From Laetmonice hystrix (taxonomy: Eukaryota): a stretch of DNA of 64,000 bases. The notes under the pieces are model-generated. The model was not told the origin of the DNA and did not search any database. It saw only the letters and a list, made by a program, of their open reading frames with translations. Shown piece after piece: positions 26,061-38,935 of the stretch. Where the stretch lies: NCBI GenBank assembly GCA_965235115.1, contig OZ249444.1, positions 24,800,001 to 24,864,000 of the forward strand, written 5' to 3'. Each line of letters begins with the position of its first letter. Positions within the stretch are counted from its first letter, which is position 1. A program made the translations under genes and the position numbers.

Positions 26061-26642
26061 GCGCCACTGAGCCGCCCCCTGCCTGACGACCTGTGTCCAA
26101 TCAAGTGTAGCGGAGAGTGGGTGAGCGAGCAAGGTGTTCGTTCCCCACAACCTTCCACTTGTATTATAATCACTCTCAGCCACAGCTCGCTCTGATTGGC
26201 TGACACTGGTCTGGGGCTGGCTGACGGCCGACTGAGGTGTGTGAATGCAGTGGGTGAGAGTTGAACGGACTGAGTGAGTGGTGAGAAACCCCCTCCCTCA
26301 CTCTCCCACCAATACCACCGACTGACTGGTCGGAAACCCCCTCCCTCACTCTCCCACCATTACCACCGACTGACTGGTCGGAAACCCCCTCCCACACACT
26401 CACACCTTGGCGGGACACACACGAGATACGTACACCGACTGTTACATGCTCGGACAGCACACCAGGCTCGACTACTGGAGGGTACTCACTGGAGGGTACT
26501 CACTGGAGGGTACTCACTGGCGGGTACTCACTGGAGGACAAGCCATAAGGAGTACTCACTCCACTCAACTCGTTTACCCACGCCACCTGGCGGGTGACCG
26601 TCGAATTAGGAAGCGTTAGACGGGGGAGAAGTGAGAATCGTG

Positions 26643-26885
26643 CTACACGAGACGTTCAGCGTTCATAGACCTAACGTTTGGTGCCACACGAGACGTTCAG
26701 CGTTCATAGACCTAACGTTTGGTGCCACACGAGACGTTCAGCGTTCATAGACCCACCGTTTGGCGCCACACGAGACGTTCAGCGTTCATAGACCCACCGT
26801 TTGGTGCCACACGAGACGTTCAGCGTTCATAAACCCACCGTTTGGCGCCACACGAGACGTTCAGCGTTCATAGACCTAACGTTTG
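26643..26885. repeat. 41-bp repeat, 6 copies
   Basis: CACACGAGACGTTCAGCGTTCATAGACCCACCGTTTGGTGC; a 15-bp x5 repeat (GGAGGGTACTCACTG) precedes it at ~26470-26536. Confidence 0.9.
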
Positions 26886-27183
26886 ACGGGCCTGCTCCTG
26901 GCCTGGGGGCTGGGGTCACGGTAACAAGGTATTGGTCACTGTGACAAGTCCTTGAAGTGTCAGCCACGGATCCTGGCAATGCACCTCCTGCTGGGGAGAA
27001 TCTTGAATGTGTTTAATTGGTAAAGATAGCCAAGGTAGCGTGCTGCTCTAACCCATACAGTCCATCGACGGCCTGCAGCGGTACCCCTGCAACCTGTCGG
27101 TCGTGTGGATCAAGTCTCACATCACCCCCACGCCGCTGGAATCATTCAAAGTTACATTCGGCCTGTCAAAAAGTCAACTCAAA

Positions 27184-27547
27184 ATGCGTGAGATGATGCT
27201 GGTCGCCACGGTCTTCTGTTTGTGCTTGGTGACGGAGCTAGAGGGTCGAGTGTTGTACTCCTTCCAAAAACATACCAACAAATCGAACAACACAACTCAC
27301 TACAACGACGTGACGAAGTGGGACCTGAAGGGTGACCGTGCCCGGGCCGGGGGAGGAGTTAGGACCCGGCTTGAGGTAGCCGACATGCCGTCACTACCAC
27401 TCGACGAGGACGACATGCTGGCTGTACTTCAATCTGTCAACCATCAACTCTCCGCTCTCCGGACCAGTATGGCTAACCTCAAGTATCAAAACCATCTCAT
27501 CTACAAACAGTTCAAACGGTACAACAACCGCTGCATGGCGGGTTCAG
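27184..27547 (+). CDS. Predicted coding exon 1 of a secreted coiled-coil/C-type lectin (signal peptide + coiled-coil neck)
   Basis: MREMMLVATVFCLCLVTELEG is signal-like. Heptad a/d pattern L-V-L-L-M-L-N-I-F in LQSVNHQLSALRTSMANLKYQNHLIYKQF. Strong donor CAG|GTAAG, phase 1, matching the lectin exon at 57257. The link to the downstream exons is inferred. Confidence 0.7.
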
Positions 27548-27550
27548 GTA

Positions 27551-28850
27551 AGACATGGCGCCACCCTGGGTGCCTGAAACCTCAGTCAGACATGGCGCCA
27601 CCCTGGGTGCCTGAAACCTCAGTCAGACATGGCGCCACCCTGGGTGCCTGAAACCTCAGTCAGACATGGCGCCACCACCTCCCTGGGTGCCTTAAACCTC
27701 AGTCAGACATGGCGCCACCCTGGGTGCATGAAACCTCCGTCAGACATGGTGTCACCATCTCCCTGGGTCCATGAAACCTCAGTCAGACATGGTGTCACCA
27801 TCTCCCTGGGTCCATGAAACCTCAGACAGACTTCGCGCCACCATCTCCCTGGGTCCATGAACCCTCAGTCAGACATGGCGCCACCATCTCCCTGGGTCCA
27901 TGAAACCTCAGTCAGACATGGTGTCAGCATCTCCCTGGGTCCATGAAACCTCAGTCAGACATGGTGTCACCATCTCCCTGGGTCCATGAAACCTCAGTCA
28001 GACTTCGCGCCACCATCTCCCTGGGTCCATGAAACCTCAGTCAGACTTCGCGCCACCATCTCCCTGGGTCCATGAAACCTCAGTCAGACACGGCGCCACC
28101 ATCTCCCTGGGTCCATGAAACCTCAGTCAGACACGGCGCCACCCTGGGTGCCTGAAACCTCAGTCAGACATGGCGCCACCATCTCCCTGGGTCCATGAAA
28201 CCTCAGTCAGACATGGTGTCACCATCTCCCTGGGTCCATGAAACCTCAGTCAGACTTCGCGCCAACATCTCAGTGGGTCCATAAAACCTCAGTCAGACTT
28301 CGCGCCACCATCTCCCTGGGTCCATGAAACCTCAGTCAGACATGGAGCCACCATCTCCCTGGGTCCATGAAACCTCAGTCAGACATGGCGCCACCATCTC
28401 CCTGGGTCCAGGAAATCTCAGTCAGACTTCGCGCCACCATCTCCCTGGGTCCATGAAACCTCAGTCAGACTTCGCGCCACCATCTCCCTGGGTGCCTGAA
28501 ACCTCAGTCAGACATGGCGCCACCCTCTCCCTGGGTCCATGAAACCTCAGTCAGACATGGTGTCAGCATCTCCCTGGGTCCATGAAACCTCAGTCAGACT
28601 TCGCGCCACTATCTCCCTGGGTCCATGAAACCTCAGTCAGACTTCGCGCCACTATCTCACTGGGTCCATGAAACCTCAGTCAGACTTCGCGCCACCATCT
28701 CCCTGGGTCCATGAAACCTCAGTCAGACTTCGCGCCACCATCTCCCTGGGTCCATGAAACCTCAGTCAGACTTCGCGCCACCATCTCCCTGGGTCCATGA
28801 AACCTCAGTCAGACTTCGCGCCACTATCTCCCTGGGTCCATGAAACCTCA
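27551..28850. repeat. 37/43-bp minisatellite, ~30 copies, starting at +4 of the donor site
   Basis: CAGACATGGCGCCACC(ATCTCC)CTGGGTCCATGAAACCTCAGT. Confidence 0.95.
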
Positions 28851-29214
28851 GTAAACTCATAGCTGAACTTGTTCAATGTTTCACCCAACACCATGCCACC
28901 AGCTAGGTGAACCTGCAGGCAAAGCGCAAAGATCTATTTAGATCTAATCGAAACCGTTCTGGTGATGTCTTTTTGAAGGTACTTACATCATTCATAAGCA
29001 GTTTATAGGGAAAAGAATAATACACTTTCACATGACAAAAATCTTTTTTCGCCCGTCATCCCCATCGCATGCAGTTTGGGATTGAAACCGATTAATCCTC
29101 GATCATCTTCTATTGAACCTGGTCGTCAACTCGTCATGCAACATTTCATATAAAAATCGGCAATTCACACTTCATTTTGTCATGTCTGGAGCGTGGCCAT
29201 ACCGGGTGGTTCGG

Positions 29215-29600
29215 GGAGCTGGAGCCGGGGAGCCGGGCCGTCAGCGTGCCGGGACCTCCCTCCCTGCCCGCCCGGTACCCGTACCGCCCGCCGGCACTCC
29301 CGGCTAGGTGAGACGGGGAGCCGGGGAGCCGGGCCGTCAGCGTGCCGGGACCTCCCTCCCTGCCCTCCCGGTACCCGTACCGCCCGCCGGCACTCCCGGC
29401 TAGGTGAGACGGGGAGCCGGGGAGCCGGGCCGTCAGCGTGCCGGGACCTCCCTCCCTGCCCGCCCGGTACCCGTACCGCCCGCCGGCACTCCCGGCTACG
29501 TGAGACGGGGAGCCGGGCCGTCAGCGTGCCGGGACCTCCCTCCCTGCCCGCCCGGTACCCGTACCGCCCGCCGGCACTCCCGGCTAGGTGAGACGGGGAC
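29215..29600. repeat. 96-bp CpG-rich repeat, ~4 copies
   Basis: GGGGAGCCGGGGAGCCGGGCCGTCAGCGTGCC...CCCGGCTAGGTGAGAC starts at 29315 and 29411 (period 96). Confidence 0.92.
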
Positions 29601-29924
29601 AATCACACAGGTACTGGCGTCTGTACTTGATGTTGAAATCCCCTGCTCCCCATCCACCCTCCACGGACTACATGCTGGGATGGCCTCATCACCGACATTA
29701 AATCAATATAGTCGACTCATCCCTGTACGATTTCAATCGTCTCCACAGGACTTGTAGACTTATAACAAATACCAGCACCCGATCCTATAATCCACTTCGA
29801 TTCCATTCTGACGTGGACAAAGATTAATGTCAATCTTCTCCTCTTTCAGCTAAAACCAATCTCACCACACGATACCACCATCATTTACAATGAGAGACCT
29901 TTACAAACACTGATTAAATTAGTA

Positions 29925-30955
29925 TTAACTTGGGGCCCCTGGGGTCTATCGATGGTCAGTATTCACTTGGGGCCCCTGGGGTCTATCGATGGTTAGTATT
30001 CACTTGGTGCCCCTGGGGTCTATAGATGGTTAGTATTCACTTGGGGCCCCTGGGGTCTATAGATGGTTAGTATTCACTTGGGGCCCCTGGGGGTCTATAG
30101 ATGGTTAGTATTCACTTGGGGCCCCTGGGGTCTATCGATGGTTAGTATTCACTTGGGGCCCCTGGGGTCTATCGATAGTTAGTATTCACTTGGGGCCCCT
30201 GGGGTCTATCGATAGTTAGTATTTACTTGGGGCCCCTGGGGTCTATCGATAGTTAGTATTCACTTGGGGCCCCTGGGGTCTATCTTTGGTTAGTATTAAC
30301 TTGGGGCCCCTGGGGTCTATCGATGGTTAGTATTCACTTGGGGCCCCTGGGGTCTATCGATGGTTAGTATTCACTTGGGGCCCCTGGGGTCTATCGATGG
30401 TTAGTATTCACTTTGGGCCCCTGGGGTCTATCGATAGTTAGTATTCACTTGGGGCCCCTGGGGTCTATCGATAGTTAGTATTCACTTGGGGCCCCTTGGG
30501 TCTATCGATGGTTAGTATTCACTTGGGGCCCCTGGGGTCTATCGATGGTTAGTATTCACTTGGGGCCCCTGGCGTCTATCGATGGTTAGTATTTACTTGG
30601 GGCCCCTGGCGTCTATCGATGGTTAGTATTCACTTGGGGCCCCTGGGGTCTATCGATGGTTCGTATTCACTTGGGGCCCCTGGCGTCTATCGATAGTTAG
30701 TATTTACTTGGGGCCCCTGGGGTCTATCGATGGTTAGTATTCACTTGGGGCCCCTGGGGTCTATCGATGGTTAGTATTCACTTGGGGCCCCTGGGGCCTA
30801 TCGATGGTTAGTATTCACTTGGGGCCCCTGGGGTCTATAGATGGTTAGTATTCACTTGGGGCCCCTGGGGTCTATAGATGGTTAGTATTCACTTAGGGCC
30901 CCTGGGGTCTATCGATGGTTATTTTTCATTTGGGGCCCTGGGGTCTATCGATGGT
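29925..30955. repeat. 37-bp minisatellite, ~28 copies
   Basis: AGTATTCACTTGGGGCCCCTGGGGTCTATCGATGGTT. Confidence 0.96.
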
Positions 30956-31136
30956 TCTCCTGGGCCAAGTGATTGCTGACCTACAACATGGTCATATCAC
31001 TTTGAAAATCTTACTTCTACTTCGTGATTTCAGTATAAGCTGACTGACCCGGTCCTACTCACTCCTTTTTAATCTAGTTAACTTTAATCTGCTAACGTCT
31101 AATGTGGGTAGAAACTGACAGGAGCTGGTACACTGC

Positions 31137-31770
31137 AGTCTTTAATCTCACCTCAAACTAAGTTTGTACTTAACTTGTCGGGTTTAATCTCACCTCAAAC
31201 TAAGTTTGTACTTAACCTGTCGGGTTTAATCTCACCTCAAACTAAGTTTGTACTTAACTTGTCGGGTTTAATCTCACCTCAAACTAAGTTTGTACTTAAC
31301 TTGTCGGGTTTAATCTCACCTCAAACTAAGTTTGTACTTAACCTGTCGGGTTTAATCTCACCTCAAACTAGGTTTGTACTTAACCTGTCGGGTTTAATCT
31401 CACCTCAAACTAAGTTTGTACTTAACTTGTCGGGTTTAATCTCACCTCAAACTAAGTTTGTACTTAACCTGTCGGGTTTAATCTCACCTCAAACTAAGTT
31501 TGTACTTAACTTGTCGGGTTTAATCTCACCTCAAACTAAGTTTGTACTTAACTTGTCGGGTTTAATCTCACCTCAAACTAAGTTTGTACTTAACCTGTCG
31601 GGTTTAATCTCACCTCAAACTAAGTTTGTACTTAACTTGTCGGGTTTAATCTCACCTCAAACTAAGTTTGTACTTAACCTGTCGGGTTTAATCTCACCTC
31701 AAACTAAGTTTGTACTTAACTTGTCGGGTTTAATCTCACCTCAAACTAAGTTTGTACTTAACTTGTCGGG
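31137..31770. repeat. 42-bp minisatellite, ~15 copies
   Basis: TTTAATCTCACCTCAAACTAAGTTTGTACTTAACTTGTCGGG. Confidence 0.96.
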
Positions 31771-32184
31771 CATAACTTAGTCGCCAAGACGTGGCTGACA
31801 CGTGCCCCCTGCGGCTAATCCCGGCAAGTAGGGGAGCCGGAGACGGGTTAACCGGTGACCCTCACCTCCCCCGATTAGCCTTATAATCTGATTCAAACTA
31901 CTTTAGCCTGTGTCCCCTGCACAATCCATCTCCTCACCAGACAGCCAACCAGTAATAAAAAACGCTAATGTGTGGCTTCGTTTCACAGGATTTTGTCTCC
32001 GTTGATCTCATTTACTGGCACCTGCAACCAATCAGTGTGGTCCTCTGGGACTCGGCAAGTTCATCCATCAGGCCCTTTAAAAACCGACAACTTCTGCGAT
32101 TTGCTGCTTTATTCATTAATCCTGGCCGGGAGCTTAGCAGGGAGAGGGTCGCGCTGAGCTTAAAGACGTGCACTGATCGGCACA

Positions 32185-32720
32185 GAGTTCCTGAGGCCCA
32201 GTGACACTGTCTTGATCGGCACAGAGTTCCTGAGGCCCAGTGACACTGTCTTGATCGGCACAGAGTTCCTGAGGCCCAGTGACACTGTCTTAATAGGCAC
32301 AGAGTTCCTGAGGCCCAGTGACACTGTCTTGATCGGCACAGAGTTCCTGAGGCCTAGTGACACTGTCTTGATCGGCACAGAGTTCCTGAGGCCTAGTGAC
32401 ACTGTCTTGATCGGCACAGAGTTCCTGAGGCCCAGTGACACTGTCTTGATCGGCACCGAGTTCCTGAGGCCCAGTGACACTGTCTTGATCGGCACAGAGT
32501 TCCTGAGGCCCAGTGACACTGTCTTGATCGGCACAGAGTTCCTGAGGCCCAGTGACACTGTCTTGATCGGCACAGAGTTCCTGAGGCCCAGTGACACTGT
32601 CTTGATCGGCACAGAGTTCCTGAGGCCCAGTGACACTGTCTTGATCGGCACAGAGTTCCTGAGGCCCAGTGACACTGTCTTGATCGGCACAGAGTTCCTG
32701 AGGCCCAGTGACACTGTCTT
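32185..32720. repeat. 39-bp minisatellite, ~14 copies
   Basis: GATCGGCACAGAGTTCCTGAGGCCCAGTGACACTGTCTT. Confidence 0.96.
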
Positions 32721-33524
32721 AGCGTAGGTAAGCCGATCTGCCGGAGAGTGCTGAGACAGGGAGCAATCATTCCGCTCCTTGGACACAGAGAACACTCGCA
32801 CACTGACATCCTGACAGCAGACACGAGTTCAACATCACCCATTCTTCGTCACCCAAGGTCAACTATACCAGATGTGACCTTCGTCAACCTTTCATGGCAG
32901 GAAGACGTTTGCGGGAAGGGTGTCACCCTCTTTCCCGTCCTCAGAAATGTCTTGTAATTCGTAAGACAATCCAAGAATTAAGTCTGGGTGTGTCGGACTG
33001 TGACTACGTAACCGCCTACCCTCTGTTCTCACCCCAAAATACTTGTCTCTATACCTAGCCTTGCTGCTTACCCGACCTGGGAATATTAGCGGGTCGAAGT
33101 GGCCGCCAGATGAGCACATACATGGTGGCTGTGTGGTTTATTCATGGCGAGTTACGAATTGTGCATGTTAAGAGTACACCAAGCGAATGATAACCTCCGA
33201 CTGAAACAATCTTATCATCCCTACTGGATTCAGGGCCATGAAATATGCAGTCAAATCAAGAAACTGCCGGGCACGAAGGTGTGGTGGGCAGGGAGATGTT
33301 TCACACACACCCTGCCCCTCGGCACCAACTGTTGTAAGCAGATCTCGCTGCCGGGGGGTATTCCCCCCCTACCCCCACCCTCCACCGATTCCCTTGGTGT
33401 CACGTAAACCATCAATAATCGGTGTTCAGTAATTCCCACCGTCTTCGACTGGTCTCAAACACAACCTGAGATCCGGTGTGAACGCCTTTCGCCGACCTCG
33501 GCACGTTCTGTACGGTCTCTACCT

Positions 33525-33785
33525 CCTGGGGGGGGGGGGGGGGACCTCAGCACCTACCGTACCCGGCCTGGTAAGGGGGCAGTCCGGCCACCTCCTGGGG
33601 GGACCTCAGCACCCACCGTACCCGGCCCGGTAAGGGGGCAGTCCGGCCACCTCCTGGGGGGACCTCAGCACCCACCGTACCCGGCCCGGTAAGGGGGCAG
33701 TCCGGCCACCTCCTGGGGGGACCTCAGCACCCACCGTACCCGGCCCGGTAAGGGGGCAGTCCGGCTACCTCCTGGGCCGACCTCA
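33525..33785. repeat. Poly-G run followed by a 59-bp repeat, 4 copies
   Basis: GGACCTCAGCACCCACCGTACCCGGCCCGGTAAGGGGGCAGTCCGGCCACCTCCTGGGG. Confidence 0.9.
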
Positions 33786-34604
33786 GTACCTCACCTAGCA
33801 GTGTTATATGGGCTAGAATTGATTGAACTGTTTCTAAAGGAGGCCCACCCCCGCCCCCCGGGCCACCTACCAAATCCTCAATACTGAATCTGACACCTCC
33901 TTGACTTTCACTGATCACCAATATGTCCGATCAGTTGTCTTTCATATACTTCTCTCCCTTTATTTTATTCTTAATTGGCTTATTTTCTCTCAAGAATTAA
34001 ATCGTATGTTCCGACGTTCCCTTTTCATTGCCAAGCGTGTGAGCCGAGTGCATTTGTATACGGAAATGTAGACACAATCAGAAATGATGTCTCTTAGCTT
34101 TCATTACTGTATCCATTAGGTAGTCAATCAGGAGAAGAATATCGACTTTTATTGATAATATCGACTTTTATTGATAATATCGACGTTCTTTACGGCCTGA
34201 ATAGGTTGTTCCTGGGGGTTCTACAGGCCTATCCACTAAATCAATGTTGTTATCCCGCGTCAGGTAACAACATACCAGAGAAAAACTTCCCGATTTATTT
34301 TTTAGGAGTGGCCTCACCATCTCAACATGAGGGTAGCTGGGAGATGGGAGACCCCCCCCCCCCCCCGCCATATTCAGAAGCAGGCTCCTGGCTTGGCCAA
34401 ACTTCTTATTCCCAAAATTGCCCGCCAATATTTTCCCAGCCAGGTGAGACATCCTCGCGACACCAGAACGAGCCTTGTCTCACCTGGAGTTGTGAGCCAA
34501 TATTTGTGTACGCTTGGAGATATTGACCCCGCCCAGCGAGGTGTCGTCATCAGGCTGCTGCCACCAGTGTCCGTCTATCGTCGTCGTTAAAAGGCGTTTC
34601 TTTA

Positions 34605-35290
34605 CCTGACCCACCTGACCCACCCGGTCCGTGTGGCCCACCTGACCTACCTGACCCACCCGGTCCGTGTGGCCCACCTGACCCACCCGGCCCACCTGAC
34701 CCACCCGGCCCGTGTGGCCCACCTGACCCACCCGGCCCGTGTGGCCCACCTGACCCACCCGGCCCACCTGACCCACTCGGCCCGTGTGGCCCGCCTGACC
34801 CACCTGACTCAACGCTCACTTCCCGTCTTAAATGAATTGTACAGATTTTTAGCAGCATTCGGGCCCAATGGTGAGGCGAGTGTGCGATGTCGGGGGCTGA
34901 CTATGTGCGCCCGACATTTTCTACTCCCGCCCGTGTGAACACTATGTGAACACATTGTGAACACTGTACGACACGTCGGGGTGTCATGTTCCCCCAACCC
35001 GGGGCCCGCACTCTGGCCTGACACCCCCCGGGCCAGCCGTCCCCGGGCCAGCCGACACCGGGCCAGTCGATCCCCGGGCCAGCCGACCCCGGGCCAGCCG
35101 ACACCGGGCCAGCCGACACCGGGCCAGTCGACCCCGGGCCAGCCGCCCCCCAGGCCAGCCGACCCCGGGCCAGCCGACCCCGGGCCAGCCGACCCCGGGC
35201 CAGCCGACCCCGGGCCAGCCGACCCCGGGCCAGCCGACCCCGGGCCAGTCGATCCCCGGGCCAGTCGATCCCCGGCCAGCCGACACCAGC
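34605..35290. repeat. Two short-unit GC-rich arrays (~34605-34808 and ~35010-35290)
   Basis: ACCTGACCCACCCGG(CCCGTGTGGCCC) units, then 15-bp GGGCCAGCCGACCCC units. Confidence 0.9.
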
Positions 35291-35739
35291 CCACACAGGC
35301 ACTTACAACATGTACTTTCCTGTCGTGTGGAAAAGGTACCATTTCTGATCCCAGGCACAAACATTCCCATGCTGTTTCCCTCCAAATGACAACTCGATAC
35401 CAATTGACCAGATACCAGTCTCTGTGAACCCGTGCCAGATTATTGTGTTCACCTTCACAATACAACCAGTAGTACCATTTCTGTTTGTGACGGAGTAAAT
35501 CACGCAAACTTTCCCTCTATGTCACGAAATATCTGCCCCAGTTATACCTGAGCGGGGGTCGCTAGGATCGGGTTATAACATTCCACCAATAGACGTCTTT
35601 ATATCCAACATCAATGGAAGACAAATTGATGGAGGATAGGGTTTAATCTGCCGTGTTTTGATCAACCACTCTAATAACCTCTCGACATCTGAACAGTGCT
35701 GTTACACTTTAATCTTGTTTCTCAAGGCCTGTGTCGTAA

Positions 35740-36480
35740 CAGTGAGTCGTGTCGTGCGCTATGTCTTACAGAAAATTAACAGTGAGTCGTGTCGTGCGCT
35801 TTCTCTTACAGCAAATTGATACAAATCGGTAACAGTGAGTCGTGTCGTGTGCTTTGTCTTACAGCAAATTTACAGTGAGTCGTGTCGTGCGCTTTGTCTT
35901 ACAGCAAATTGATACAAATCGGTAACAGTGAGTCGTGTCGTGATGTGTGATGGCCGGGGTAGATTCCACCCAGAGATCGTCCACAACTCTCTCAACCCCT
36001 GATTGAAGGGGTAGATTCCACCCAGAGATCGTCCACAACTCTCTCAACCCCTGATTGAAGGGGTAGATTCCACCCAGAGATCGTCCACAACTCTCTCAAC
36101 CCCTGATTGAAGGGGTAGATTCCACCCAGAGATCGTCCACAACTCTCTCAACCCCTGATTGAAGGGGTAGATTCCACCCAGAGATCACCGCAACTCTCTC
36201 AACCCCTGATTGAAGGGGTAGATTCCACCCAGAGATCACCACAACTCTCTCAACCCCTGATTGAAGGGGTAGATTCCACCCAGAGATCGTCCACAACTCT
36301 CTCAACCCCTGATTGAAGGGGTAGATTCCACCCAGAGATCGTCCACAACTCTCTCAACCCCTGATTGAAGGGGTAGATTCCACCCAGAGATCGTCCACAA
36401 CTCTCTCAACCCCTGATTGAAGGGGTAGATTCCACCCAGAGATCGTCCACAACTCTCTCAACCCCTGATAGGGGTGGATT
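35740..36480. repeat. Short variable repeat (~35740-35945) then a 52-bp minisatellite, ~10 copies
   Basis: ACAGTGAGTCGTGTCGTG units, then GGGGTAGATTCCACCCAGAGATCGTCCACAACTCTCTCAACCCCTGATTGAA. Confidence 0.93.
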
Positions 36481-37114
36481 CCAGTAAACGACCGGGTCTC
36501 CACGGCACACCCCCGCGCCACCTGTCCACGTCCCCGCGAACCTCACCCAAACGGCGACACTTGGTGTGATGGTGAAGCAGATGAAATCAAACCACAGTCT
36601 GTCCTGATCAAGGCTCTATACGAGCCCCTTGAGATCCCACCCCTCACCCCTCCCACCCCCTTACCCCCCTCCGGCCACGCCCTGCCTTATTACCCCATCC
36701 ATGGCACTACACCCTTCATGTGCCATGAATCTCCACTGAGCGCGAATTTTCACAGCGGTTCCATTAGGCGTGCGCTCCACAGTACCTAAGACGGGAGACC
36801 ATGCAATCACGATAAAGTGATGCCGCGGCCATGTGGTAGTTTTCACATTCATATTGAGTTGTCAAATTCTTCCAGTCCCTCCAGACGCAATATCCCTGTA
36901 CAGTAGAGAACAACAAAGTTTTCTCGGTGTAATCTACACACCCGCCACGGCGGCTGCGACCGTCTACAGCTGGAGTCAGAGGAAGAAAGACAGGAAGGGA
37001 GGATGGGACCCTGGACTGAACATACGGGTGACTGAACTAACCTTTCATACCCTTCGACCCCTGTGGTGATCGACGCAGATCTTAGCGGTCACAACCACAG
37101 CCCTCAACCACCTG

Positions 37115-37640
37115 TGAACCACCTCATCCTCAGCACCCCCCATCTCTGCCTAACTCCATCTATCCGTACACCTCACCCTCAGCACCCTCCATCTCTGCCT
37201 AACTCCATCTATCCGTACACCTCACCCTCCATCTCTGCCTAACTCCATCTATCCGTACACCTCATCCTCCATCTCTGCCTAACTCCATCTATCCGTACAC
37301 CTCATCCTCAGCACCCTCCATCTCTGCCTAACTCCATCTATTCGTGCCTAACTCCATCTATTCGTGCCTAACTCCATCTATCCGTACACCTCATTCTCAG
37401 AACCCTCCGTCCCTGCCTAACTCCATTAATTCGTACACCACACCCTCCGTCTCTGCCTAACTCCATCTATCCGTACACCTCACCCTCCATCTCTGCCTAA
37501 CTCCATCTATCCGTACACCTCACCCTCCATCTCTGCCTAACTCCATCTATCCGTACACCTCACCCTCCGTCTCTGCCTAACTCCATCTATCCGTACACCA
37601 CACCCTCCGTCTCTGCCTAACTCCATCTATATCCGTACAG
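37115..37640. repeat. ~40-bp minisatellite, ~12 copies
   Basis: CACCCTCCATCTCTGCCTAACTCCATCTATCCGTACACCT. Confidence 0.92.
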
Positions 37641-37994
37641 TTCTAAATCCCCTGCCTATGTCTCTCAGACCAATCAATCAGTGCCCCCGTGGCTGTCTGA
37701 CCGCCCTACCCCACACTCCTTCAGAAGTGAAATCTCTGACATGAAAGCCAGCCCACAAGTTGTTTTTACTGGCATTAGTGGAGTTAGACACTTTATCACA
37801 GCCACACCTATGATCTATATCCTGTAAGATATAGTTCTTATCGCAATGATTGAAACAGAAAAACAACATTTTATATCTAGTACCTTCCATGAATAATGAC
37901 TTCTATGGGCAGTATAAGTTCACACTCAGGACGTGGGCTTGGTGTGAAAACCGTTCTTACTGCTCTCACCTGTGCACGTGTAAAATGCTGTCTT

Positions 37995-38450
37995 TTCCTC
38001 TTTTTATTTCTTTTAAGGTCATGTGCTACACCTCTCAAATCTCGTGCCAAATCTCGCCATAGTAACCAATGTATAAAACACAAACCCATTACATATCAAT
38101 ATTTTGTATTTTAATGGAAAGAACAAGTGTTTTTAAGTTTAAAAACGTGTAGATAACTATATGTCACCATGCTTATTTTTTGGTAAAAAGCCTGGCTTTA
38201 TAGGAAAGGTATGCCTGTGCAAAGCCTTGAATTTACCACAAAGGCCCCCAGATGAGTGTAAAAAGCACTCAAAGTAGCCAAGAAATGGATTTTCTATAGA
38301 CATCCCACATAAGTTAGCATGGCGACATATGGATATTTATACGTGTACATTTTTATGATAAAAAAAACTCTTTTTCCCTGTATTAAAATACAGAGTATCG
38401 ATATGTAATGGGTTTGATTTATTGTAGCACATGACCTTAAATAAAAGTAA
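37995..38450. mobile_element. Degenerate foldback/MITE-like long inverted repeat
   Basis: 38013-38030 TTAAGGTCATGTGCTACA is the exact reverse complement of 38423-38440. 38082-38115 pairs with 38382-38415 (3 mismatches). An inner pair ATATGTCACCATGCT / AGCATGGCGACATAT is also present. AT-rich and non-coding; no target-site duplication identified. Confidence 0.6.
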
Positions 38451-38594
38451 GACTTTGAAGGACTACAAAAATGATGTTATACTTCTATATGATGGAAAGT
38501 ATACCTCAAGGGCAACTCTTTTTCTTTCCAGCAATATGTGGCCCATCTAACCGTATCTAATTTCAGCCCATATTTCACGACACGAGTTTATGAT

Positions 38595-38878
38595 AACCAA
38601 TCACAGCAACGGTTTGTAATGATGGAGGAAGTTATAACCAATCACAGCAACGGTTTGTAATGACGGAGGAAGTTAAAACCAATCACAGCAAAGGTCTGTA
38701 ATGATGGAGGAAGTTATAACCAATCACAGCTAAGGTCTGTAATGATGGAGGAAGTTATAACCAATCACAGCAAAGGTTTTTAATGATGGAGGAAGTTATA
38801 ACCAATCACAGCAAAGGTTTGTAAAGATGGAGGAAGTTATAACCAATCACAGCAAAGGTTTGTAAGGATGAAGGAAGT
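38595..38878. repeat. 41-bp repeat, 7 copies, each with CCAATCA and GGAAGT
   Basis: TAACCAATCACAGCAAAGGTTTGTAATGATGGAGGAAGTTA. Confidence 0.93.
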
Positions 38879-38935
38879 GTTTCCGGTCGTGCGCGCGCAC
38901 CGCTCAGTGTCACGTGGTTCAGACGTGACGCATAT
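38873..38935. promoter_or_regulatory. Promoter-like motif cluster (ETS, NRF1-like palindrome, E-box, CRE half-site)
   Basis: GGAAGT and TTCCGG, GTGCGCGCGCAC, GTCACGTGG and GTGACG within ~60 bp. Motif match only. Confidence 0.35.
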
